Part shown: positions 42,953 through 55,469 of the stretch, piece by piece
How the letters are laid out: each line of letters starts with the position of its first letter
How positions within the stretch are numbered: the stretch's first letter is position 1
Source of the DNA: Octopus bimaculoides
Lineage: Eukaryota
Assembly: GCF_001194135.2 (NCBI RefSeq)
Contig: NC_068989.1
Coordinates: 94,252,659-94,316,539, forward strand
Reading direction: 5' to 3'
Length of the DNA stretch: 63,881 bases
Notes under the pieces: model-generated
Told to the model about the DNA's origin: nothing
The model's database searches: none
What the model saw: only the letters and a program-made list of their open reading frames with translations
Program-made: the position numbers and the translations under genes

Positions 42953-43391
42953 TTCATTAGTTTTATTTTTATAACGTGCTTTCACTTCACTACCGAGCGC
43001 AGCACTGTGCGCCTTGGGTATGTGCTGTGGTTTGCTGTGATGCACTTATGGTTACTGTATTGAAAGTGTTTTGCGTAGGACGTGTGCAGTACCCAGTAGT
43101 GCAATTTTCTGTATGTTATATATATTTGTAAGTCCTGGTGTTTTTTGTTATGTATTTGTTTGAATTTTTTTTTTATTATACCTAAGACACCTACTATGAT
43201 AGGAATTGTTTCTGTTTTTAGATTCCACATTCGATCTACCTCTATTTCCAGGTCTTTGTATTTTTAAAGTTTTTCCATTTCTTTTAGGGAAACGTTGTCA
43301 TCTGCTGGTATTGATATATCAATTAGAAAGCATTTTTTTCTTCATGATCTTTGACAACTATATCTGGTCTATTTGCCTTAATTTACCTATC

Positions 43392-43392
<1 letters not shown>
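42953..43392 (-). mobile_element. RLE family A 3' end nested in the SINE-4 (TAA)n linker
   Basis: Near-identical to 35710-36146, with (TAA)n on both sides. Confidence 0.9.
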
Positions 43393-43428
<36 letters not shown>

Positions 43429-43484
43429 GCTCTTGCACAGCTTCTAACGCTGGAGATGTACTACAGTGTCAGATATTCACTACC
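43429..43484 (-). mobile_element. RLE family B extreme 3' UTR fragment nested in SINE-4
   Basis: tggtagtgaatatctgacactgtagtacatctccagcgttagaagctgtgcaagagc matches the 3' UTRs at 49206-49262 and 49396-49452. Confidence 0.8.
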
Positions 43485-44025
43485 AGATCACTGCTTGGAA
43501 TCGAACTCATAATCTTGGGGTTAGTAGTCCGCGAACTTAACCACTACTCCATATGACCATGGGCATATTCCTCATCTCTTAAATATACAACTGCATAGAA
43601 CTTGTTCCATAACAATAAATTTTACTGCACACGCACACACATATACATATATACTCTTCATAACATTAGTAATGTGAAAATAATTTATGGGTCCTTATTA
43701 CTTCCTTGATAGGATTAGGTAGCAAAACGAAAATATTTTAGCTAGATTAGAAATATTAACAAACTCCATATTATACCGTATCTCGAATACGGTGTATAAT
43801 CCACCCATTTTCACAATTATTTAATTGGAAACAGAACTGTTTTTAAAATGATTGCAGGGGCTCAACGTTATTACACGTCTTATTACATGAGTTACTGTAC
43901 AGAGCAGGAGACATGGCTGAGGAACGGTAATGCATTTAAACAATGATTAGGTACGCCCACTGAAGTCACACAGGATATACGTCGGGTAACTGTATATACA
44001 CAACTTAAAATGAATTTTAGTTCAG

Positions 44026-44067
<42 letters not shown>

Positions 44068-45265
44068 AATTTAATGTGGGTAGCTGGTCGCAATATACAT
44101 ATACATATATATATAGCAAAAGAACAACACAAAACGATTTTGTAGGAACCAACTGATTAGTATTTCACCGAAAACCAAAACTTATCTTTTTCATAATGAA
44201 TATGTCTTCTGTAAAAATGATAATACCTCAAAATTCGAGTGTTCATAAGGGTTCCATGTAAGCCTTCAGGAACATTCTACGGATGGTATCCTGGAGTATC
44301 GCGTCCTACTTTGAAGAACTGCATAGCTAGAAGTACATTTCGTAGCATGACTGACCTCGTTCACGTCTCTAGAATTTGCTGTGAGATAGATTTAGCAACC
44401 ATTTCCTATTGGTCAAGCAACCGGTTTGTAGCTGATTTATCTCTGAGATACATATTGATATGTTCTCGACCTTTTGGTTTCATTTGACATATTTTGCAAA
44501 TCGATATCTATCAGACTGGGAATTAGTGTGTCATTGCAGATAACGGTGTTGCAAGTTTTAAGCGTGCTTATTTTCAAATGATCATAAATCGATATGTGGT
44601 GAAAACAGCCTTCAATCTTTGCGTTTAATGGTCATAAATGCCCTACATGGCTTTATTCAATGCTGGAGTGATATGTATTTATAATGAATAATAAATCATT
44701 GAAGAGCATCTATTTATTACAATTATCTACTTGAGGAATATTCATTTTTTTTCTAAATTTACTGCTTATTTCTACTCGCTAAACAACAGCAGTGTTTTAC
44801 GCTGAGAATAATTGTTTTTCATTCGAGAATAGTCTCGCATAGTTTTGACAGAAGTGAAAAAAGTTGAGACAGTCAACTACAAAGGATAATAGTAAAAGGG
44901 ATTAGTTTCATAATGTGTATAAATGATTTGTAAACATTTGCGTTGCAAATGAAAACACTCAACTTAACTGTTGTGTGCTTTTGTAGGGTACAGCAGAAAG
45001 GAAATGAAATCAAATTCAATCACACATTGTCCACTGTTTTTCGATTGGTTTCCTCTACACTTGAATGATTTTAATGATTTCTGCTCAAATGTCAATAACA
45101 AACAATTGATTTCTGTTTTTTAGAAAATAATCTCTTCACTAATCGTTCTTTGTATTCTTTTGGGATTTTCTGCTTATAACATATGAATAGTATGTTTTAT
45201 TATTTTTCATTTATTCTGCCGTTACGTATTTCGTAATATATCATATAGTCTTCATATATGACATC

Positions 45266-46428
45266 CAGTAGTGATGAAAATTAGAGAACGGAAATAAAAT
45301 TTAAACATATTTACATTTCTACTTCATTTTTCCGAATGGATTTTTACTGTATATAGTTTTAAGTGTGTTCCTTATTTGCAATAAATTTTGTATGGATTGA
45401 TTAATAACTAAATGATTTATAATAGAGAAAATGTTTATTTGAAGAAATACAAGTTGGAAAAATTGGAGAACGTATCGTGAGAAGTTGGAAAAATTGGAGA
45501 ACGTATTCAAGAAGTAAAATCTGGCAACACTCGAACCTATGTAAACTAAGCTGACCTAACGGTCTGAAGACTTTTATATTGAACAGTAGTGAATAATCAT
45601 AGAAAGCTGCATTAAAGTTGATAAAAGCCTCAGGAAGCGAGTGATTAGATTGAAAAAAAAAGAAGGAATGTAAATTTCTACTATCGCCAGAGACATTAAC
45701 AAATCAAAGAGTGTTGTTTCACGAATATTGGCCCAAGCTTTATGAAGAAACAAACTTGTGTCATGAAAAAGAACGAGCGAGACCACAGAAAACAAGTGTT
45801 TGGCAAGACTGTGTGAATCAGAGAGTGTCGTTAAGTGACCGCTTTGATACTGCGATGAAAGCAAGTTCAATTTGGTTCGCTCTGATGGTGGACAATACGA
45901 CAATCGTGGTAAAATTGATAGACTGCTCTCTAAATCCGTGAAGAAAGCAGTGAATCCTGGAGGTGGAAGTGTAATGATGTGTGGGAATGATTTCTGCAAC
46001 ATGTGTTTGGCCTTTGATCAGGATACATGGTAATGTGAATGCAGCTATATACAAAAACATCGTTCTGCAGCATTTTGTGCCACCTATGAGGTCATCTCCA
46101 ACTCATGAATTTTTATGCTGGACAATGCGCTATGTCACACTGCTAAAATACTTAAGGAAGGAGGTGCTTAAAACTGAAAACATTGTTGCAAACTTTTGAT
46201 TTCTTGAATCTTACGTCATACGTTCTCTAATTTTGTCCTCCATGTATTTTACAGATAAACATTTTCCCTATTATAATTCATTTAGCTGTTAACCACTTCG
46301 TACAACACTTATTTTAAATAATGAACATGCTTTAAAGTATATACAGTAAAAATTCCATTCAAGAAAATCGAGTAGAAATGTAAGTATCAATAAATTATAT
46401 TTTTGTTCTCTAATTTTGGTCACTACCT
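45266..46428 (+). mobile_element. Tc1-like transposon with long IR/DR terminal repeats and a deleted, decayed transposase
   Basis: About 230-bp imperfect TIRs with an internal direct repeat (aaaattagagaacg at the outer and inner positions of both ends) and TA at the right end. Peptides IARDINKSKSVVSRIL, GGGSVMM.GMISA..PLIRIHGNVNAAIY and FMLDNALCHTAK. Confidence 0.9.
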
Positions 46429-48887
46429 TACATAATTTACTTTCTTTGCTTCGAGAACAGATAATATCTTGTTAAATTTAGGTGTTTGCATTATTTGCTA
46501 GTTGAAATCTTGTTATTGGTATCTTTGCAATATAACCTCACCATGAATTTGCTACGTAACTAGCAGAAAATAAGTATCTACTTGATTTAGGTTCAACTTT
46601 GCCATACCGCATAAAATATCCTCAGTTAACGAATACAAACATAAGAAACAATTATGCCTGCTTAATAATATTTATTGGAGATACTTTGTTGGATAAATAA
46701 ATAAAAAAAGAATTAACATCAATCCTCAGAAGTTTTCGTTTGGTGGGCGAAAACGTTCTATAGAAAAAGTTGTAGGTACATTGTTTAATATATAATTATA
46801 TTTAAGAATAGTTACAACTTATCAGGGATGTCATAGCCCTGATTTGTACCATTTTAAAACCCTTTCCAATATTCCGTTGACGCAGAACGATTAAATTTGC
46901 ATTTTATTTATTGTCATCAAAATGTTACAGTACTGAAATTTACTAAACATTTTTTTAAACATTTGTTAAACCAGCACGTTTGCGGTTATATCTATTTGTA
47001 TTTTTACACATTCATAAATGTATCCAACAATATCTCAAAACGTTATCCGTTTATTTACGACGATAGGTAGAAGGATGCAAGTTCAACATCTTGCTAGGGA
47101 TGTTTGCACACGTTATCTGAATAGAAATATATATTTTGTATCAACATTGATAATATTTTTATTGGCATATCATTCACTTTTATGAATAAGGGATACAAGG
47201 ATTGACTTCCTGAAGTAGTGATTTTAATTTCATGGGAGTGAAACTCAAGGAAGTACGATTTTAGATGTGATTGTACCATATATACTATGAAATACACCTC
47301 TTAAAGCAATCATCTCCATAGTTATGTAATTATATGCAACATAGCAACAACAAAAAAAATGAATGAAAATAAACGGAAACATAATAAACTCATCATGCCA
47401 ATGCAACATTACGTAGATTCTGATCATATATTGTTACGATTTACATAGCATTTGATGGACTTTGGTATGAAGGTATAATATGGCGGATTGTTTAGCAAGG
47501 TTGGTGTTCAATGTATGACCTGAAATAAATATAAAATCTGCAATAATGGGAAGATACTTCATTTTGTGAAGCACTGTATTACGTTCGGTTGTTTTAGTGG
47601 TTGATGCAGTATTGTTTCCAGCCTCTTCCATAATGTATGAAGTAAACCTTAGAAGATAATTTGTTTTAAGCACATAGAATAAATATTGAATAAAATTGTA
47701 TAAAAATGGATCAATATATAGTTAAAGGTTACTAAATAAAAAATAAATGAATAACAGTTTGTATTGGTTTCCTTCGCATCTCCCAGGGAGAGCCATGAAA
47801 ACCATTTTTGGCAAATTTCCATGCCTACGTACAATACACAAACGTTTTTGTAAAATTTGACAGGAGACTCTGACGTTTATGTAGTCTGTATTAAGTCTTA
47901 ATGAAAAGAAAAGCGCAGCTTGTGAATTTGTACATGAAATTATCTCCGACATGTCACAACGAGGTTAAAGATCCGAAAATACAAATATCCAACTTTCATG
48001 ATATTCTAACTTAAATACAAAAGGAAAGCATGCTTTCTTACTAGATTTGAAAACTAAAAGAGGTTACCTCCTGCTCTTTTGTAACCATACTATAATATTT
48101 TGATGTCAGCTTGTATATATATATATTGGATTTGCAGGTGTTTTATGCCAGGAATATTAACAATGAACTTGTAACTACTTTAGTTCGCATTGCTTACACA
48201 CATGAAGGGATATACGCTCTTAGCTTATTTATCCATAGATATATTACATATATTTATTTCATACAGCTAGTGCAAGGCGCCTTGTTTGAACTTATGTACG
48301 ATGATAGAAACCCAGGTCGTTTTTTGCTCAAATTTGATAAACAAGCTACCGTGAAAGACTTTAACAATATCCACCTGATTTCAACGCTGTGTCTTCTGTC
48401 TTAACACTTGTGAGGCTGAAGATTGACCTCGTTTGCCCATGCGCAATGTTTCACTTGAATATGATCAGCAGAACAATAGTTTATATATTTATTTTCCTCT
48501 AATCACCACTGAAAATTGAACTTCACTTCCACTACACTTCCAATCATAAGTACTTAATTGTTTAATAATTAAAGTTGGTATTTCATATTTTCTCTACAAA
48601 TATATTTATGTAGTTCATCTCTTTATTAATTTGCACGCATACACAAATACATGTATGTATATATAAGCACACGCAATATATATGTATGTGTGTGCGTGCG
48701 TGTGTGTGTATATGTGTGTGCATACGACAAACCGTTGTGAAAAGCCTTAGCAGGATCAAATATGTCTCACATATTTGAACTTGTGTTATGTTTACTTTCT
48801 GTAATTGCTTCACCTACTAACTCATATAAAATAGAAAGCTTAGTGTAGCCTTTGTGGTGTTGAAATATGGTTAACATAGATGTATTA

Positions 48888-49262
48888 AATGTGATTCAGT
48901 GCGACCATGAGATGGAGAATAGATACAGCATGCCCAACTAAAAACAAGGTATGCAATAAGGAAGAAGAAAAGTCTATAGATATAACAAGGTTATCTTGGG
49001 AGGTTAAGCAGTTGTGGTCGACGAAAAAGGTGGTAGTACCAATAACTGTCGGAAGCCTGAGAACAGAGAGTAAGAATCTTGAGAAGTACATGGAACAAGT
49101 AGGGGCTGCAATAAGGGTGGAGCACTTGCAGAAAATAGCACTGCTTGGAACCGTTCGAATACTCCGGATGGTACTCGAAAAATAAGGGGTGTTGCCTTAG
49201 TTCACTGGTAGTGAACCACGGACACTGTAGTACATCTCCAGCGTTAGCAGCTGTGTAAAGAC
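48888..49262 (+). mobile_element. RLE-type LINE 3' end, family B
   Basis: IQCDHEMEN..IDTACP..EVKQLW..VPITVGSL..QKIALLGTVRILRMVLEK*, then a 3' UTR and an A/(AAT)n tract. Confidence 0.85.
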
Positions 49263-49308
49263 AATAAATTAAAAAAAAAAAAATAATAATAATAATAATG
49301 ATAATAAT

Positions 49309-49452
49309 GGAGCACTTGCAGAAAACAGCACTGCTTGGAACCGCTCGAATACTCCATACGGTGCTCGAAAAGTAAGAGGTGTTACCTTAGTTCATTGGTG
49401 GTGAACAGCTGACACCGTAGTACATCTCCAGAGTTAGAAGCTGTCCAAAGGC
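49309..49452 (+). mobile_element. Second, shorter family B 3' end in tandem within (TAA)n
   Basis: EHLQKTALLGTARIL..VLEK* plus the same 3' UTR. Diverged from the first copy, with (AAT)n on both sides. Confidence 0.85.
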
Positions 49453-49501
<49 letters not shown>

Positions 49502-49871
49502 GAAAAAGCGAAGTTGCTTACTTGAAAATATGTGGATTGGCAAGAGATCTGAAATAGTAACGCTGGGAACGTTGAGAAACAAGATGGAGACAAACATCTA
49601 CCCAACCCCTAGGACATTAAAATATACACAACATATAAGGACGACGCGTAGGTTTCGCTGCATCGAGATTGTGTTTCCAAGACAGAGCAGTGAAAGCGTG
49701 CAACACGACTCGAATTATTAACAATTATTCTCATTAAACATTTTAACATAGAGAAGGGAAACATTTCTCAGACATACCATTCTGATTCAAAACGACTATG
49801 GAATTAAGAAAGAATATTTTTGCCAACTCTAAATTAATCTCAGTTTAGTTAGAATAGTGTTAGTTGCAATA

Positions 49872-50258
49872 CTGTGGAAGCGTAATGGCCCAGTGGTTAG
49901 GGCAGCGGACTCGCGGTCATAGGATTGCAGTTTCGATTCCCAAACCGGGCGTTGGGAGTGTTTATTGAGCGAAAACACCTAAAAGCTCCATGAGGCTCCG
50001 GCAGGTGGGGGCGAACCCTGCTGTACTCTTTCACCACAACTTTCTCTCACTCTTACTTCTTGTTTCTGTTGTGCCTGTAATTCAAAGGGCCAGGTTTGTC
50101 GCACTGTGTCACGCTGAATATCCCCGAGAACTACGATAAGCGTACACGTGTCTGTGGAGTGCTCAGCCACTTGCACGTAAATTTCCCGAGCAGGCTGTTC
50201 CGTTGATCGGATCAACTGGAACCCTCGACGTCGTCAGCGACGGAGTGCCAGCAACAAC
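49872..50258 (+). mobile_element. SINE family 1 with a 10-bp target-site duplication
   Basis: Homologous to 8019-8410. agttgcaata is repeated at 49862-49871 and 50259-50268. Confidence 0.9.
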
Positions 50259-50844
50259 AGTTGCAATATTCCTTAAACAAATAACATATATGAGAACTGT
50301 TGATGCTGAATCGACACAATCTATTTTCCATCATCAATGATGTGGTAGTTTACAAGGAGTGATGTGAATAGTTTAAAATCGTATAGCACAGTCCTTGTTA
50401 AACAAGTGAATGGTTCAGCCAAAGGGGATTCAAATTATTCGTGGTAAATGAATTATGAATGAAACAGGAGGGTGAACAGCATAACTCGTTGAGATTTGTT
50501 CTTTTCTTTATACTTATAAATGGAATTGTTATTCAAGTGCTTAGTAAGATCTTATTCATTCTAATAACAGTGAATTGGAATCGAGGTGTTTTCTTTTCTC
50601 CCTATCTTTTGTTTCACATTTCTTAGTAGAAGGATATTTTCCAAATTCAGTGAAATATAACCTTTTAGAGGAAAGCAGACAAGATAGTAGGATCATAAAT
50701 TTATAAATGGCGACACTGATGTATTACCGTAGGCAATGTTTAAGCTGTAACATTATTTCGCATTGCCGATTCAGCTACATTTTTCTGCTAGGGTTACTGT
50801 TATATCTAAATGTATTTACGTTTGTGTACATACATATGTACGTT

Positions 50845-50931
<87 letters not shown>

Positions 50932-50941
50932 NNNNNNNNNN

Positions 50942-50997
<56 letters not shown>

Positions 50998-51599
50998 CAT
51001 ATATATATACACACACACACACACATATGTACATGTATGTATGTACACACACACGCTGGCACACACACACGCGCGCGTGCACAAACACACACTCATGCAC
51101 TATTTTCCTCATGTAGGACTTACTTGAATCAAGTTACAACGTCAATTCTTGCAATAATAAGGTGATTTAAGCTCTATATCTGAAGTAGTCTGAAGTTAAA
51201 TTGTGCTGTGTTCTGGTTATATTCTACATATTCAATTCTAGTGACTTCGGAATCTAATTCTAAGTTCTAGGACTGGTGTTTTTATCAAATTTCCTTTACG
51301 TACAGTGCAAAAAGTTTTTATAAATTTTTCTGTTCTGGAGTTTTTATCACTCTTACACTTTCCTTCAAAATTCTAAGACAAAATACACAATTACAAGATG
51401 GGTTACTTGATGTATTTTCCTCATGGGACATATTTACTTTTATATTGACCTCGAGCAAAAAAGGTGCCGTATAGGTGAAACTCTGGTCCCGCTCCTACGA
51501 AAGTTTGTTGGGACTTCGATGTAAAGTAAATTTGTCATACTGAGGACCATAAAAGAAAGCATGAGATACTATCACTAATTCTTTATTTCTTTATTTGCA

Positions 51600-52354
51600 G
51601 AAATAAATTTACCCTGCGTAAATTTGCTCTGTGAATTCAGGACCGACAGTGCTGCTGTGGAGTAACTATTTTTCTTGTGACTGAGTAGCTATTTTTATTG
51701 TGATTACCATGAAAAGTGAATTCTTTACGACAATCGGTGATGCTCAGTTCAGGTGGTTGGACGCCGATGAAGCTCCATGGGACTTCCCGAAGCCAAAGTT
51801 GCACCAAAATAAGGTCATGCTGACTGTTTGGTAGTCTGCGGCTGGTTTCGTCCGTCGCAGCTTTTTGGATCCAGGTGAAACCATTACGCAGAGAAGTACT
51901 ATCAGCAAATGGCTGAAATGCAGAAGAAACTCCGACAACAACAGCCAGCATTGCTCAATAGAGAAAGACCAATTCTTCTCCACGTCAACACTCGGCCGCA
52001 TGTCGCACAACTGACCCTGCAGAAGTTGGACGGATTGGGCTAAGAAAGTCTGCCTCATCCGTCATACTCACCAGACCTCTCGCCTACACGACTACCACTT
52101 TTTCAAGCACCTCGACAGCTCCCTGCGTGAGAAATGGTTAAAAAACCAAGACGATGCCAAACACACCTTCAACGACTTCATCACCACAGAACGCAAGATA
52201 TTTACGCTACTGGCAAAAAGAAACTAGTTTCGCGTTGGCAAAAGTGTGTTGATTCTGATGGTGTTTATTTCATTTAATAAAGTTTCATTTGAACCAAGAT
52301 ATGTGCATCTAAATTTAAAGGTTAAAAACCGCAAGAACGTTCTTGACAACCTGA
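51600..52354 (+). mobile_element. Cecropia-subfamily (Hsmar1-like) mariner, lacking the N-terminal half
   Basis: ILYDNR..WLDADEAP..FPKPKLHQNKVMLTVW.SAAG..SFLDPGETIT..PILLHVNTRPHVAQ..PHPSYSPDLSPT-DYHFFKHLD..YATG..LVSRWQKCVD. Right TIR aaaaaccgcaagaacgttcttgacaacctga resembles the Hsmar1 TIR. Confidence 0.9.
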
Positions 52355-53328
52355 CAGTTTTGCAACATTTGGAAACATTTCTCTTATCCTTAAATGAACA
52401 ATGCTATGTGGTGCAACATGTTACACCACAGATTGTGAATACTCAATTGGGATCATGTGGTTTTTAGCATTTTTTTTAGTGCGTCGTTCAAAATTTCGCG
52501 CCACACAGGTTGCGAATCATACCTTAATCACTGGGGGTAATCGCACCCAAACTTGTCGCATTGTTTCAGATTCAGATATCAGCATATTAGCACAACGTTT
52601 ACTTCATATTATATTGGCAAAGAATTATTTTGTCATGGGAAAGCAACATTTGCCATTTAACAACCAAATAAACCCCTTAAACTATGGCAGTACTAGATTG
52701 TTTATTTTATGTGTTCTTTCTGTTTGAAATAAAATGAATAAAAACAAAAATTAAATCTACTTCACACAACAACGAACTTAAAAGTTTGTGTGTTATTTGA
52801 AAACGAGAAAGAGTCTAGAGTTTGAATTAGGAAATTACTTAGCTGTTTTTGTCTATCGTAAATTCAAAAATCCATTATAGATCAATCACAATGTAATTAT
52901 GGGAGATTTTCAAATAATCCTATGATCAATTATTGTTTGCCATATTTTATTATGTAAATTTTCGCACTTAACACCTCCGCTGAGAATATCTTAGTTCTTG
53001 CTGAATAACAAAACAATTTATTTGAAAACACAGTCTGTCTTTTATAGGAATTGTTTTCATGAGGGTGGTGAAGTAAGACTATTTATAAAATATATTTTCT
53101 TATTTTGTTTTTGCATTCAATGAAGCTTAACTCATTCTTAAACCAATCCTCTAAACTTTCAATCCGCTTATAAAATACTTTAATCTTTTTAACTAATCTA
53201 ATCTCACATATTATATAAATATATTTACTCACAATTATTGAAAACACAAGAGAAAGGGAAAACTGTGTACCTTTCGATACAATTTGAATTAGTAATAATA
53301 CATAGCATCACTACCAGCACGAATATTG

Positions 53329-53544
53329 GTTTCAAAGTTTGATATAAGGTCATCCCGTTTGAGGGCGGAGAGCGGGGTTAAGTCGATTACACCCATTCCT
53401 GTCTGGTACTTATTTTGTTGAGCCCGAAAAGATGAAAGGCAAAGTCGACCTCAGCGGAATTTGAACTCAGAACGTAAATACTGACGAAATATCGCTAACC
53501 GTTTTGCCTGGCGTGCTAATCATTCTGTCAACCCGCTGCCTTAT
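53329..53544 (-). mobile_element. SINE family 3 with an imperfect ~17-bp TSD
   Basis: Minus-strand B box gagttcaaattcc. Flanks are taccagcacgaatattg (53312-53328) and taccagcgctaatattg (53545-53561). Confidence 0.85.
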
Positions 53545-54293
53545 TACCAGCGCTAATATTGCTAGTATTATTACCTTTACAAATATTTCCGCTGCAGCTA
53601 TTATAACCTTTACTATTACTTATAACTGTGATTTTGTTAAACCAAACATATGTATAAAATAAGCATTGTATCATAAATATTGATAGAGGGATATAGAGAA
53701 AACAATCACTATAACAGACTTCTACTTTATCAGGTCCCGGAGGAGAAAAAGTGAATTTATTTTGAGTGTTTACTACAGAACACGAGACGTAGCTACATCC
53801 ACAAAACTAGTCGTCTAACTCTCTATCGTGTGTGCTACAATTAACAACAATGATCATAAGTCACTAATGATTATTGATATTTCTATAGTTCTGAGTTTTA
53901 TTAATATTATTGCTAATATAAAAGTTTCAAAAGTAAATTAGTAGTGTGTTGGATAAATACAATATTTACATACATCAACATTTACATCCTGAATGCAAAC
54001 CCCAATGGGGTTGACAGGTTGTGCAAATTCACATATTTCAGGAGTCGATATCGATCACGCTACTACTTGAAAACAATTTATATGTATAGACATATGTATG
54101 TGTGTGTGTTTGTGTGTTTGTGTGTGTGTGTTATTCTTAAACAAGAATATTATTGACAGTGACTTTGAAGTCGTTGCTAATATCTTTGTTAACGAATAAT
54201 AAATGCGTACTCAATAAAAGTATAGTGTAACCCATCAGAATAGTGTAAAATTGATGTATTATAACACCATATAAAAACAAACAAATGTATATA

Positions 54294-54351
<58 letters not shown>

Positions 54352-55469
54352 NNNNNNNNNNNNNNNNNNNNNNNNNNNNNNNNNNNNNNNNNNNNNNNNN
54401 NNNNNNNNNNNNNNNNNNNNNNNNNNNNNNNNNNNNNNNNNNNNNNNNNNNNNNNNNNNNNNNNNNNNNNNNNNNNNNNNNNNNNNNNNNNNNNNNNNNN
54501 NNNNNNNNNNNNNNNNNNNNNNNNNNNNNNNNNNNNNNNNNNNNNNNNNNNNNNNNNNNNNNNNNNNNNNNNNNNNNNNNNNNNNNNNNNNNNNNNNNNN
54601 NNNNNNNNNNNNNNNNNNNNNNNNNNNNNNNNNNNNNNNNNNNNNNNNNNNNNNNNNNNNNNNNNNNNNNNNNNNNNNNNNNNNNNNNNNNNNNNNNNNN
54701 NNNNNNNNNNNNNNNNNNNNNNNNNNNNNNNNNNNNNNNNNNNNNNNNNNNNNNNNNNNNNNNNNNNNNNNNNNNNNNNNNNNNNNNNNNNNNNNNNNTT
54801 AATATTGTCAGTATTGTGATTACAGCAATCTAAATGAGACGCTTCTACCATTTTACTGTCTCTGATATAATTGTAACCTCGGTATTAACATGATATTATG
54901 TATGAAAACGTAGTTACAAATTACAAAAAACTATTACTATGCACTACACTGTCGGCCACACTATTATAAAAATTGCATTTTCTTTCTCGCTGAGAAAGAA
55001 AATACAGTTTGTTTGTAAGAGATTTAAGGAGACTAAAATTGATATGAATTATTTTTTTCCTTTACAATTTAATCCGATTTAGTTATTGTCGGTTGTGAAA
55101 AGGAAGTTGAAAAAATGTATAAATATATTTGTTGAACTCTGTGCTTAATGCTATATAGAGCTTATTTACTATTTAAGAGACAAATATTTTATTATTCTTA
55201 ATATTAGCGGTTTTTATTTTGGATTAAAAGATTATAGCTTAGAAATTGCGAGCAGATGAGAAAATATTTATCGTTTCATGTGTGAAACTAAGATAATCAG
55301 ATTTACACATTGGGGACGTTGTCTCAAGCTTGCAGAATTGAATTGTTGATTTTAAGATTGAGATGGAATTTATATTTTAGCAAATTTATCGATCTTTAGG
55401 TCAATTGGATGTGAACTGACGTCGCTTTCTATTAACGAACCACTGGCATTGTTTGTTGTGGAGGATGGA

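Larger units (their letters stand above)
42825..43563 (-). mobile_element. SINE family 4 (tRNA head, (TAA)n linker, hammerhead-like 3' region), split by two nested RLE insertions
   Basis: Head at 43563-43485 (tagtggttaag A box, gagttcgattcc B box) and 3' part at 42940-42825. Both align with the copy at 60781-61034. Confidence 0.8.

Noticed and set aside
43772-43798. Small hairpin accgtat-ctcga-atacggt as a transposon footprint
   Set aside because: A 7-bp stem is too short to distinguish from chance.
48111-48404. 97-aa ORF containing LVQGALFELMYDDRNPGRFLLKF
   Set aside because: Protein-like, but no family recognised; it could be a decayed RT segment. Needs a homology search.
48888-49500. Repeat-spacer-like alternations as a CRISPR-like array
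   Set aside because: Eukaryotic context with no constant repeat and unique spacers. The pattern is stacked retrotransposon 3' ends in microsatellite.
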